The notes below the pieces were generated by a model. The model had not been told where the DNA came from, ran no database searches, and saw only the letters and a program-made list of their open reading frames with translations. From the NCBI GenBank assembly GCA_965223865.1, contig OZ245020.1, positions 1,184,001 to 1,248,000 of the forward strand: DNA of 64,000 nt. Direction: 5' to 3'. Every line of letters begins with the position of its first letter. Position 1 is the first letter of the stretch. The translations under genes were made by a program, and so were the position numbers. This stretch comes from Nitrosarchaeum sp. Lineage in GTDB: Archaea; Thermoproteota; Nitrososphaeria; Nitrososphaerales; Nitrosopumilaceae. Positions 31,842 through 41,637 of the stretch are shown here, one piece after another.

Positions 31842-32264
31842 ATGACAATAGGATCTCAAAAAATTAGTTGGTCTGAAATTGAGAAATTGATGAAGATTTT
31901 ATCTAAAAAAATTACTGATATTCCTAGAAATTTTTCTAGCATCTCTACTATTAGCAGAGGTGGACTAGTTCCTGCCAGACTATTAGCTGATCATTTGGAA
32001 ATTAAAACTATTTTTGTTGATAAAAATAAAATTCCTTCTAATTCTATTTTTATCGATGATATTTATGATTCAGGACATACGTTTAAAAAAATTATCCCAT
32101 TATCTGAAGATCCTTCAAAACTTGTATTTGTAACATTATTTGCCAGACGAGGAAAAAAATATCCCAGGCAATTAATTTATGCAAAAAAAACTATTGGCAA
32201 TGAATACATTGTATACCCTTGGGATAAACTAGAATACAAACGACTCAAGAAATTTGGAATATAG
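31842..32264 (+). CDS. Type I phosphoribosyltransferase
   Basis: SRGGLVPA, IDDIYDSGHT, IVYPW. Confidence 0.9.
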   Translation: MTIGSQKISWSEIEKLMKILSKKITDIPRNFSSISTISRGGLVPARLLADHLEIKTIFVDKNKIPSNSIFIDDIYDSGHTFKKIIPLSEDPSKLVFVTLFARRGKKYPRQLIYAKKTIGNEYIVYPWDKLEYKRLKKFGI

Positions 32265-32275
32265 AATATGATAAT

Positions 32276-32572
32276 TTAATCTTGCATACACGTTGGAAGG
32301 CTGCCTTCATGTCTATTTTTATAATCTCTGATTAAATTTTCAGCCATCTTCTCATAAGAGGATGTCTTCATGTATCTTAACCTTGCATTGTTTGTAATAC
32401 ATGGAAATGATAATTTTTCAACTACGCTTTTTTTGATATTACTTGCACCTTCAATTAATAAAATTTTCATTGATGCATGCATCATGTATACTCCTGCAGA
32501 CTGCGGAATGTCTGATATTATGTTTTCATTAAAATCTGTCCAATTTGACCAAGTATTCTCAATCTCTTGCAT
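32276..32572 (-). CDS. Degenerate GIY-YIG-like protein
   Basis: WS.W...IP..AGVY...Y...H.G.LP.C pattern. Confidence 0.6.
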   Translation of the reverse strand: MQEIENTWSNWTDFNENIISDIPQSAGVYMMHASMKILLIEGASNIKKSVVEKLSFPCITNNARLRYMKTSSYEKMAENLIRDYKNRHEGSLPTCMQD

Positions 32573-32581
32573 TTTATTTCA

Positions 32582-33493
32582 TTATTTTTGAAGCATTTTT
32601 CGCAGTCCTGCGCATCTGTTTCTTATTGTTACTTCTGTAACTCCTGATGCAATAGAGATATCTTTTTGCGATTTTACTTCTCCTGTACTAATACAAGCTA
32701 GGTATAGTGCTGCAGCAGCAATTCCCATAGGATCTTTGCCAGCTACCATTCCTATTTTTTTTGCCTGATCTAAAATTGATATTGCTTTTCTCTTACTTTT
32801 TTCGCTAAGCTCTGCGATGCTTGCAATTCTTGAGACGCCTTTTACAGGATCAACTACTGGCATTTTCAATTCTAGTTCTCTAAAAATAAGTCTGTAGCAT
32901 CTTGCAACATCTTTTCTCCTAATATTGATTCCTTTTGCAATATCATCTAATGTCCTTGGCGTTTCGGTATTTCTACATGATGCATAAAGACATGCTGCAA
33001 CAAGACCTTGAATGGAACGACCTCTAACAAGTTTTTTTTCCATTGCTTTTCGATAAATATAAGCAGCTTTTTCAACAACTGCATCTGTCAATGCAAGTTT
33101 ATCCTTTAGTTTGTCCATTTCATTTAGTGCTTGTCTGAGATTTCTATCTGCAGATGAATGTGCCTGTGTTCTACTATCCCATGTTCTTAGTCTTTCAATT
33201 GAACTTTTTACTCCTGCAGACAACGGTTTTCCTGTAGAATCTTTATTTGCACTACCGATCACAGTTGATAATCCCATATCGTGCATGGTCAATGATGTTC
33301 CTGCCCCTACTCGTGTCCTGTTAGTGTCATCACTTGCAAATGAACGCCATTCTGCACCAGTGTCCGCAATTTTATCAGTTACAACAAAGCCACATTTTCC
33401 ACAAAACAACTCTCCTGTGTTTTCATCTGTTACCATTTTTTTATCTCCACATGCTGGACATTTTGGTCCCGAAATCATTGTGTTCTTAAGCAT
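32582..33493 (-). CDS. tfb: Transcription initiation factor IIB
   Basis: CPACG...CGKCG Zn ribbon, EWRSF, two cyclin repeats, GVTEVTIRNR. Confidence 0.97.
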   Translation of the reverse strand: MLKNTMISGPKCPACGDKKMVTDENTGELFCGKCGFVVTDKIADTGAEWRSFASDDTNRTRVGAGTSLTMHDMGLSTVIGSANKDSTGKPLSAGVKSSIERLRTWDSRTQAHSSADRNLRQALNEMDKLKDKLALTDAVVEKAAYIYRKAMEKKLVRGRSIQGLVAACLYASCRNTETPRTLDDIAKGINIRRKDVARCYRLIFRELELKMPVVDPVKGVSRIASIAELSEKSKRKAISILDQAKKIGMVAGKDPMGIAAAALYLACISTGEVKSQKDISIASGVTEVTIRNRCAGLRKMLQK

Positions 33494-33896
33494 AATAATT
33501 ACGAATAATGCTTTTAGCTTATTATTCATTTTACCTAATTTCTTACGGTTAATTGTGTGTAGGTTAAGCTAATCCTTATTCTAATTATATGTAACAAGAA
33601 TAATGAAAAATTGAATTGGATCGGCTTTATTGATTCAATTTTTTTCACTAAATTTTTTTTGATGAATCTTCTCACCCTCATTTCTTGGTTGTTTTAAAAT
33701 ATTCTTTTGATATCTCAAACCTCAGTAATCCTATCTTTAGCCTAAAAATCAAAAAAATCATCCTAATTTTTGAAATTTACAAAATATTTTTAATAAAAAA
33801 TATCTAACCAGTGATTTTATTCCTTAGAGTTTTATTAATTTTTGATGCTGTTATTTGAGCAAATCTTTAATCCCTTTGATTCCCTTTGTTTTTAGA

Positions 33897-34235
33897 ATGG
33901 GAGAAACAGGCTTGGGAGAAATGATTTATTCCTTACGGAAAAAAATTCAGACAATTCAATCAGAGATTGATACACTAGGTGATCCTGCAAAAGATATTCC
34001 TGAATTAATTTCTTCAGCAAATCTTTTGCGCGAAAATGAACATCTTAAAAAATTAAATGAGAAAAAATCTGAATTACTCTCAATTTATGATCAATATTCC
34101 AAATCTCTTGAAGATCTGCTTTCAACTATTTTTGAAATCCAGAACGATCTAAAAAATATACTAAAGGAGCAGTCTAAACTTATACCCAGTAAAAAGAAAA
34201 CAATCAAACGTACCTCAAAAAAATCTCAAAAATAA
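33897..34235 (+). CDS. Hypothetical coiled-coil protein
   Basis: Heptad-rich ORF with basic tail. Confidence 0.72.
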   Translation: MGETGLGEMIYSLRKKIQTIQSEIDTLGDPAKDIPELISSANLLRENEHLKKLNEKKSELLSIYDQYSKSLEDLLSTIFEIQNDLKNILKEQSKLIPSKKKTIKRTSKKSQK

Positions 34236-34243
34236 TTAAATTC

Positions 34244-35245
34244 TTAAATGTGAATTACATCTCCTGCAATAACTCTCTTGTTTGAGTTTTTTTCAGATAT
34301 TACTAATGCCCCATCATCGTCAATCTTTATAGCTTTTCCACTGATTTTTCCTTTTTCTGTGTTTATCTTTACTATTTTTCCAATAGTTGAAGATTTTTTT
34401 GTCCAGTCTTTGATAATTTTTTTAACATCTCCAGAACTTAAACAAAAATAGATTTTTTCTAACTCTATTAAAAATGAATGAACCAATTTGATTGGCTTGA
34501 TATTTTTTTTACGTTGGGATAAAGAAGATATTCCGTAAAAATTTGGGGTTCCTTTTAATGACTTTTCAATTTGTTTTGTATCGACATCAAAATTAATCCC
34601 AACTCCCAAAACTAGATTTTCAATTTTGTTTGACTCAAGTGAAACATCTACTAGCATTCCTGCTATTTTTTTTCCTTTGATTGTAATGTCATTTGGCCAT
34701 TTTAATTCTGCTTTTATCTTCATTGTTTTTTCTATGGCATTTGATAAAGCTAATGCTGCTGCTAACGGAAATAATGTAGTTACTGCCATGTCAAATTTTG
34801 GGTGTAAAATTACGGAAAGCCATATTCCTCCTTCTGGAGACTCCCATCTTCGTCCTGATCTACCTTTCCCGCTAGTTTGTTTTTCTGCTACAATTACTGC
34901 ACCATTGTTTTCTTTATCGAAAGTCATGGTTAAGGCTTGATTTTGCGTAGAATCAATTGAATCAAAATAATATGCTTGTTTTCCGATGAACTTGGTTTTC
35001 AAGCCATCTGTAATCTCCCATGGTAGTAATTTTTCTGAATCTGCCTCTAATCTATAACCCATCTTTTGTTTTGTTTCAATTTTATATCCTAGTTCTTTAA
35101 TTTTTTTTATATGCTTCCAAACCGCCACTCTGCTTATTTTTAACACATCACTCAAATCTTGTCCTGATAGATATTCCGTGTTATGTGATTTCAAAAAGTA
35201 AAGTACTTTGATTAAACCTGGATTGTTAAATGAATTGTAACTCAA
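34244..35245 (-). CDS. birA: Bifunctional biotin ligase/repressor BirA
   Basis: N-terminal HTH (SR.AVWKHI), QTSGKGR.GR.W.SP, KWPND, KIAGML. Confidence 0.96.
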   Translation of the reverse strand: MSYNSFNNPGLIKVLYFLKSHNTEYLSGQDLSDVLKISRVAVWKHIKKIKELGYKIETKQKMGYRLEADSEKLLPWEITDGLKTKFIGKQAYYFDSIDSTQNQALTMTFDKENNGAVIVAEKQTSGKGRSGRRWESPEGGIWLSVILHPKFDMAVTTLFPLAAALALSNAIEKTMKIKAELKWPNDITIKGKKIAGMLVDVSLESNKIENLVLGVGINFDVDTKQIEKSLKGTPNFYGISSLSQRKKNIKPIKLVHSFLIELEKIYFCLSSGDVKKIIKDWTKKSSTIGKIVKINTEKGKISGKAIKIDDDGALVISEKNSNKRVIAGDVIHI

Positions 35246-35290
35246 CTGTATTCATTTTTTTATTCAAATATAAAACACAAACTTTGAAAA

Positions 35291-35803
35291 TTAGAAACCA
35301 ATATCGATGTCAAAATCTCCACCACCCATATCTCCTCCATCATCCATGCCCTCAGCACCATCAATTCCTTCTGGAATGCTTTCAGCAGGAACATAATCTG
35401 ACATTGCCATGCCCATCATACTAAACATCATTGAAAACATCATTATGTCAATTACTCCAAAAAACATCATCATGGGCAAAATTGATTTATTGTCATCCAT
35501 GTATTGCTGAAGTTTTTGTTTATCTCCTGTTTTATATAATGTGGCCATTTGATTCCATTTCTCTTGTAGTTCGTGTACCCTCTCATCGACTTCTATTGAG
35601 CCTTTTTCTGTAACTGTTATTTCGATTTTTTTTCCTAACCATCCTTTTTTTTCTTCTACTTTTATCATTCCTCTCTCTTCTAGTTTTTCTAAAATTGAAT
35701 TTAATTCCTCAGGTTCTACCTGTGTCGTTTTTTGAATTTTTTCAAATTTTTTGATCCCGTTTTTAATTGCCCCTAATACTATGAGATCTTTTGACTCTTC
35801 CAT
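35291..35803 (-). CDS. Winged-helix protein with Met-rich hydrophobic segment and acidic Gly-rich tail
   Basis: L..LEERG.I...ITVTEKG wHTH; PMMMFFGVIDIMMFSMMFSMMGMAM. Confidence 0.75.
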   Translation of the reverse strand: MEESKDLIVLGAIKNGIKKFEKIQKTTQVEPEELNSILEKLEERGMIKVEEKKGWLGKKIEITVTEKGSIEVDERVHELQEKWNQMATLYKTGDKQKLQQYMDDNKSILPMMMFFGVIDIMMFSMMFSMMGMAMSDYVPAESIPEGIDGAEGMDDGGDMGGGDFDIDIGF

Positions 35804-35854
35804 GTTTTTATTTTAAAATTCACTACTAAAATATTCTACTGTTTAGGTAATTTG

Positions 35855-36775
35855 TTACAAAAGTTTTTGATTTTTCAACTCTGAAATCACGTATGGAATC
35901 CCTTCTTTGTATGATGGAAATTTAAAATCATAAATTTTAGATATTTTTTCATTTGAAGGTTTCATGGACGTGGTGAGAAGCTTTATCAAATCTCCTCCAA
36001 GTACTGCTTTTACAAGAAAAACAGGCACATTTTTTGGATGTTTTGTGCCTATAGAATCTGCTGTATAATCTACAAAATCTTTGAATTTGGCAGGTAAAGA
36101 ATCTACAACAATAAAGGTTTCATTTGTTTTATTTTTCTCCAAAATAGACACCATGCTACCTACCGCATCATCTACATGAACAAAACCTTTGTAATAATTC
36201 CCTCCTTTTGGAAGTCTAAATGTATTTTTTAAAAGACGATTAATTAGAAATTCATAAAACCAGCCACCTGGACCATAAACATCTCCAAAATGAACAACAG
36301 AAAAATTGATTCCTATTTCCTTGCAATTATTTTCAAGATATCTTTGAGCTTCTAATCTTGTTTTGACAAATTCTGTATTTGGATTATATGAAAATGTCTC
36401 ATCGACAATATTATCACCTGTTTCTCCATACACTCCTAATCCTGAAACATAGACAATCGATTTGGTGCTTTCTTTGAGTTGGCTAAACAGGTTTTTTGTT
36501 CCTTCAAGATTTACTTTATGAAGTAATTTTTTATTTTTTTCAAGAGGTGTATGAGATGCTAGATGAAAAACACAATCATATTGTTCATTATTAAAATTAA
36601 TCTTCTTGTCAGTTAGGTCTCCTATGATTATTTTTGATTTGCCATTTCCTGACTTGCCTTTTCTAACAAGAGATGAAACTTTGTATTCTTTATTTATTAG
36701 TAATTTAACTAAATTTGAACCAATAAACCCTGTAGCACCAGTTACAAGTATTGATTTATTCACACTATTAAACAA
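35855..36775 (-). CDS. NAD-dependent epimerase/dehydratase (extended SDR)
   Basis: TGATGFIG; the YxxxK motif is degenerate (FVKTR). Confidence 0.88.
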   Translation of the reverse strand: MFNSVNKSILVTGATGFIGSNLVKLLINKEYKVSSLVRKGKSGNGKSKIIIGDLTDKKINFNNEQYDCVFHLASHTPLEKNKKLLHKVNLEGTKNLFSQLKESTKSIVYVSGLGVYGETGDNIVDETFSYNPNTEFVKTRLEAQRYLENNCKEIGINFSVVHFGDVYGPGGWFYEFLINRLLKNTFRLPKGGNYYKGFVHVDDAVGSMVSILEKNKTNETFIVVDSLPAKFKDFVDYTADSIGTKHPKNVPVFLVKAVLGGDLIKLLTTSMKPSNEKISKIYDFKFPSYKEGIPYVISELKNQKLL

Positions 36776-36864
36776 CTATTTGCATTAATATTGTATTTGG
36801 AAAAAATATTCAATGATGAGTTTGAAAATTCAAAAATTATATTCTCCTCTTCTTTGTAATGTAT

Positions 36865-37275
36865 ATGGACCAAGATTCATACACTGATGATGAAATAAGA
36901 GATATTTTTTCTTTAAAAAAAATTGCAGTAGTTGGAATGTCAAAACATGAATACAAAGCGGCACATTCTGTGCCTAGGTATTTGATGGAAAAGGGATATG
37001 ATGTTACTCCTGTAAATCCTACAACCAATGAAATTCTAGGCAAAAAATGCTACGATAAAATATCTGACATAAATTATGATATTGATATTGTAGATGTTTT
37101 TAGACCTTCTGACCAAGTTTTGTCTGTTATACAAGAGGCTATAAAGAAAAAACCCAAAGTTATTTGGCTACAAGAAGGAATTCACAATCCAGATGCTGAA
37201 GAGCTAGCAAGAAAAGAGGGAATTAAAGTAGTTTACAACAGATGCATGTTCGCCGAACATAAGAGACTATTCTAA
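36865..37275 (+). CDS. CoA-binding protein (YccU-like)
   Basis: IAVVGMS, PVNP, IDIVDVFR, WLQEGI, NRC. Confidence 0.93.
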   Translation: MDQDSYTDDEIRDIFSLKKIAVVGMSKHEYKAAHSVPRYLMEKGYDVTPVNPTTNEILGKKCYDKISDINYDIDIVDVFRPSDQVLSVIQEAIKKKPKVIWLQEGIHNPDAEELARKEGIKVVYNRCMFAEHKRLF

Positions 37276-37276
37276 A

Positions 37277-37636
37277 ATGTCAGATTTTGAAAATTTTTAC
37301 AAAGAATTGATTGAATTAGTCACTAGATATGAAAAAAACAACACTCCGCTAAAAATTGAAAAAGATCTTGAAAATAGCATAGTCAAAATTTATGGCGAAA
37401 AAATCACATCTCTTGCAAGAGCACAAAACGGATTAAATGATGTCTCAGAGCTTGCTTTTGCTACTGCTGAACATCATCCATTTTGGAATATCTTGTATAG
37501 CTGCTCAGAAATTTCAAATACTATCTTGGAAAAATGGAATAACAAACTCTCAAAAAAGGACATTGAGGACATTAAATGGGCTACTCAAGAAATGACTCAT
37601 ACTCTTGAAAAGATAAAAGAAAATTTTTCTGATTGA
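37277..37636 (+). CDS. Hypothetical protein
   Basis: Tightly packed between the CoA-binding gene and ychF. Confidence 0.75.
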   Translation: MSDFENFYKELIELVTRYEKNNTPLKIEKDLENSIVKIYGEKITSLARAQNGLNDVSELAFATAEHHPFWNILYSCSEISNTILEKWNNKLSKKDIEDIKWATQEMTHTLEKIKENFSD

Positions 37637-37677
37637 TAACTAGGCAGAGATAAATATTCTGAAATTGTTATCTTTTC

Positions 37678-38889
37678 ATGTCAATTAAACTTGGATTAAT
37701 AGGAAAAACAAATACTGGTAAAACTACCTTCTTTAATGCATCAACTTTATCTTCTGAAGAAATTTCAACTTATCCTTTTACAACAAAAAAACCAATTACT
37801 GGAACTGCAAATGCAATTACCCTTTGTGTTCATCCTGAATTCAAAATACAGGACAATCCAAACAATTCAAAATGTATAGATGGATGGAGGTATATTCCAA
37901 TCGAAATAATTGACTTGCCCGGTCTAATCAAAGATGCCTGGAAAGGAAAAGGGTTAGGAAATCAATTCCTTTCAATTGCTGCTCAGTCTGATGCCTTGTT
38001 ACATGTAGTTGATGCCTCTGGAGGAATAGACTCTACTGGAAAAATTTCTGAGCCTGGAAGTGGAGATCCAATATCGGATTTTGCAGATATTGAAGAAGAA
38101 TTGGTAATGTGGTATCATAAAATTTTTGAGGGAAATCGAGACAAAGTCTCAAAACTTATCCGAACAGGCTCTGATTTAGTTGAGGCAATAACTGATTTAT
38201 ATCGAGGTATTGGTGTAAACAAAAATCATGTCAAAGAAACATTAATTGCTACTAATTTAGGGGAAAAACAATTTGATGATTTTAATACTAAAGATAGCAA
38301 AAAATTTTCTGTTCATTTAAGAAAAATTTCCAAACCAACCTTGATTGTTGCAAATAAGGTTGATGTTAAAGGAGCTGACAAAAATTTTGCAAGACTACAA
38401 GAACGCTATAATGATTCAATTGTCATTCCAGCCAGTGGTGATAGTGAGCTTAGTCTACGACGTGCCGAACAAAAAGGTTTAATAAAATATTCTCCGGGTT
38501 CTGAACAATTTGAAATAATCAAATCTGATGAACTAAATGAAAAACAGCTTAATGCACTTGACTTTATTAAAAAAGGCATAATGGGCGAATACATGAGAAC
38601 AGGAGTACAATTTGCAATAAACGTTGCAGTCTTTAAATTATTGAAGATGAATTCAATTTATCCTGTAGCTGATGAAAAAAATCTTTCAGATAATAAAGGA
38701 CGAGTTCTCCCAGATCTGATTTTACTTAAAGATGGTGACACCATTAGCGATCTTGCAAAAGAGATTCATACAGATCTTACAAAAGGTCTTCTTTATGCAA
38801 AAGATTTACGATTTAACCTAAGATTGCCTATTGATTATCAGCTAAGAGACCGAGATGTTGTATCTTTAATTAGCGCATCAAAAAAATAA
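37678..38889 (+). CDS. ychF: YchF/Obg-family NTPase
   Basis: GKTNTGKTT, YPFTT, DLPGLI, GLGNQFL, NKVD, C-terminal TGS. Confidence 0.93.
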   Translation: MSIKLGLIGKTNTGKTTFFNASTLSSEEISTYPFTTKKPITGTANAITLCVHPEFKIQDNPNNSKCIDGWRYIPIEIIDLPGLIKDAWKGKGLGNQFLSIAAQSDALLHVVDASGGIDSTGKISEPGSGDPISDFADIEEELVMWYHKIFEGNRDKVSKLIRTGSDLVEAITDLYRGIGVNKNHVKETLIATNLGEKQFDDFNTKDSKKFSVHLRKISKPTLIVANKVDVKGADKNFARLQERYNDSIVIPASGDSELSLRRAEQKGLIKYSPGSEQFEIIKSDELNEKQLNALDFIKKGIMGEYMRTGVQFAINVAVFKLLKMNSIYPVADEKNLSDNKGRVLPDLILLKDGDTISDLAKEIHTDLTKGLLYAKDLRFNLRLPIDYQLRDRDVVSLISASKK

Positions 38890-38979
38890 TCTTGCCCATC
38901 TATCTAAAAACAATTCAATGTTAAAGTGCATAACTGGTTTTTATACGATAAAACCTTGATAAACAAAGGGACCTAGTAG

Positions 38980-39618
38980 TTGCGTGGAATATTTGAATCT
39001 CTGATTGTATTTTCGGTAATGACAGGCATTCTTTTGCCTGCCAGACTACTATTTGTAGAATTTATCTCAGATGATTGGTTGGGCTCGTTTGGTATAATTT
39101 CTGTCATTTTAATTTCTGTAATTGTACTTGCAAAGAAGAAAAAACTAGGCTTTTTTGGTACAATGTTTGAGAGACAAATATCGAGGTTCCAGAAAGGTAA
39201 ACGTGGATTCATTGTTTTTGGCGAATCTGTATTCCTTCTTTTGATATTAGGTGGGATGATACTTGCAATAGATCAAGGAAATTCAGTCTATTCTGATCTA
39301 AAAATTGAAACGATAGAAAATTCCCCTTCAAATGCTGCAGAACAAATTCTTGAACCAACAAATAGTTGGAATGCTAATGATTGGTTTACTAGCTTTTTGA
39401 TGACCCCTTCTGCATTTCTTACAGCATTCCCTCAGATGAGTGCGACAATTGCATCAATAGATCAAAGACTTGATGGGTGGCTATTGCATTTTTACACTGT
39501 TGGTTTTGTAGAATATCTAGAATTGCTAGGAATTTTGATATTTTCTAAGGTGACACTTAGATCAAAATCTGCTACACCTGCGTTATCTTCTAAGAACAAA
39601 ATCAAAAATCACATATAA
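38980..39618 (+). CDS. Hypothetical membrane protein
   Basis: About four hydrophobic segments. Confidence 0.75.
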   Translation: MRGIFESLIVFSVMTGILLPARLLFVEFISDDWLGSFGIISVILISVIVLAKKKKLGFFGTMFERQISRFQKGKRGFIVFGESVFLLLILGGMILAIDQGNSVYSDLKIETIENSPSNAAEQILEPTNSWNANDWFTSFLMTPSAFLTAFPQMSATIASIDQRLDGWLLHFYTVGFVEYLELLGILIFSKVTLRSKSATPALSSKNKIKNHI

Positions 39619-39648
39619 TAAATTCAAGATTTTTACAAAATTAACAAA

Positions 39649-40407
39649 TTGGACGAAATAATTTCTGAATTTGAAAATTTTTCAAAATATGGTATTTACA
39701 AAATAACAGATTCTACAGAGTTTGTTTTTCCAAATATAGAAGTCAAAATTACTAAAATATCTGATAATGTTTTTTCATATACTAGAAAAGACTCTGAAGA
39801 CAATCTTGTTGAAAAACTGATTCCTACAAAATCTACTGAAATCACTATTGAAATATCTCCAATACGACCTTTGAATTATCCCGCAAAACGTACGACTTTT
39901 GTTTATCTAGATCTTGAAACCCCAGTTTTTCTATCTGAAGGATCAGCTGCAACAATTTTTGCTCGATGTCCAATAGAAATAGGCATATTTTTGGTGCATG
40001 ATGGTCACAAGGATTCCTTAGATTGGTTTACTTGTGATCCTATACATTCTAGATTTGGTCTCCACGGTACTCCTGAATCTGGAACTTTGTGTAAATACGC
40101 AAAATCTGAGATTGTAGAGTCTTATGAAGATTCCATCCCATACGTTAACGCCGTTTTACAAATTAACCTTGAAAATGGATTAGACGAAGGACATTCTATA
40201 TCTAAAGTAGTTTTTCAAATTACTGACAACTCTCTATATTACAAGAATTCAAAGGCAATAATTGATTCAGTCCATGCAGTTTTAAAAAAACAACTCACTT
40301 TGGAGATTCTAGACGTTTCTTCAAAACGCATACAGACTGATTGGACTCTGGCACCAACATATGAGCATGCTGTAGCTATAAAAAGAATGGATATGGGTGC
40401 TGATTGA
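39649..40407 (+). CDS. DUF432-like protein
   Basis: P.RP...P, P.EIG.F, L.G.PE.G.LC.Y pattern; coupled to mscS. Confidence 0.75.
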   Translation: MDEIISEFENFSKYGIYKITDSTEFVFPNIEVKITKISDNVFSYTRKDSEDNLVEKLIPTKSTEITIEISPIRPLNYPAKRTTFVYLDLETPVFLSEGSAATIFARCPIEIGIFLVHDGHKDSLDWFTCDPIHSRFGLHGTPESGTLCKYAKSEIVESYEDSIPYVNAVLQINLENGLDEGHSISKVVFQITDNSLYYKNSKAIIDSVHAVLKKQLTLEILDVSSKRIQTDWTLAPTYEHAVAIKRMDMGAD

Positions 40408-41231
40408 TGGTTTTTGAATTTCTGCAAGGACTAGAGGAAATCCAAATTACAGAAACCTTGACACTCCTTACTCTGTTAATTGGAGGAATAATAATGGTAG
40501 TTGGACTAATTATTGCCAGAACTTTCCGATTACTCTTTACAAAATACTATGCTCCAAGACTGCCACAAGATACTGCCAAAAATCTTGGCAAGCTAATTTA
40601 TTTTGGAATAATTATTATCTCATTTTTGGTCTTTACCTCTTCTACTGGTGTTGATTTATCAGGACTTTTGGTTGCAGGTGGAATTTTTGGAATAATAATT
40701 GGTTTTGCAACGCAGTCTGTTGTTTCTAATTTGATTTCAGGAATTTTCTTGATGATAGAAAAACCTGTAAAACAAGGAGATTCAGTTGAACTTCCAGGAT
40801 CAGATGTAACTGGAACTCTGTTAGATATCAGTACGTTCTCTGTTAGAATAAGGAGATTTGATGGAACTATTATCCGAATTCCAAACGAATCTTTCTTTAC
40901 TTCAAATATTCGCTCTCTTACTTCTACTCCTGTAAGAAGATCAGAAGCTGTAGTTGGGATAGCATACAAAGAAGACATCGACGCAGCAATATCTGTCATT
41001 GAAAAGGAAATTCGAAAAACTATGTCATTTGTATTGTTGGTACCAAAACCTGAATTTAGGATTAAAGAATTAGCAGATTCAAGCGTAAATATCGAAATTT
41101 TGGTGTGGCACCCAAGAGAAGATTGGGGGGAGGCATCCCCAATTTTATTGAAAATAGCAAAAAAGGCTCTAGATGCTGCTGGAATAGAGATTCCATTCCC
41201 ACAGCGTGTTGTATGGCAGGCAAAAGAATAG
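40407..41231 (+). CDS. mscS: Small-conductance mechanosensitive channel
   Basis: GFATQSVVSNLISG...KP.K.GD, IPN, GIEIPFPQR. Confidence 0.95.
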   Translation: MVFEFLQGLEEIQITETLTLLTLLIGGIIMVVGLIIARTFRLLFTKYYAPRLPQDTAKNLGKLIYFGIIIISFLVFTSSTGVDLSGLLVAGGIFGIIIGFATQSVVSNLISGIFLMIEKPVKQGDSVELPGSDVTGTLLDISTFSVRIRRFDGTIIRIPNESFFTSNIRSLTSTPVRRSEAVVGIAYKEDIDAAISVIEKEIRKTMSFVLLVPKPEFRIKELADSSVNIEILVWHPREDWGEASPILLKIAKKALDAAGIEIPFPQRVVWQAKE

Positions 41232-41236
41232 AAAAA

Positions 41237-41524
41237 TTATTTCTGTTTTTTGATTTCTAGATTTTTCTTTTGACTTTGTCTTTTTTTAATCAAACTATAC
41301 ATGATCATTCCTACATTGACAATTGAAATAATCTCTATCAAATCAACTCCATAAAGAAACCAATCAATTATCGGATGAATCCTTGAAACAATTCCTGCTT
41401 CAAGCATAATGTCTGCATTCCAAATCATATGTGGAACTTGGATGAATTGAATTATCGCAATTAAAATGACACTTCCAAGAATTTTATTTTCATACCAACT
41501 CCAAAATTTATTCCATGCATTCAT
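41237..41524 (-). CDS. Small membrane protein
   Basis: Two hydrophobic helices, QVPHMIW and DLIE motifs. Confidence 0.75.
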   Translation of the reverse strand: MNAWNKFWSWYENKILGSVILIAIIQFIQVPHMIWNADIMLEAGIVSRIHPIIDWFLYGVDLIEIISIVNVGMIMYSLIKKRQSQKKNLEIKKQK

Positions 41525-41637
41525 AAATTATTTTGGCTTTTTACAATAATTAAGGCATTTGAAAATTAGATGATCCTAATTAGTTAGAACTAATTCTTCT
41601 ATTCACAAAATTTCAATGCTTTAACTGAATCTATTTT

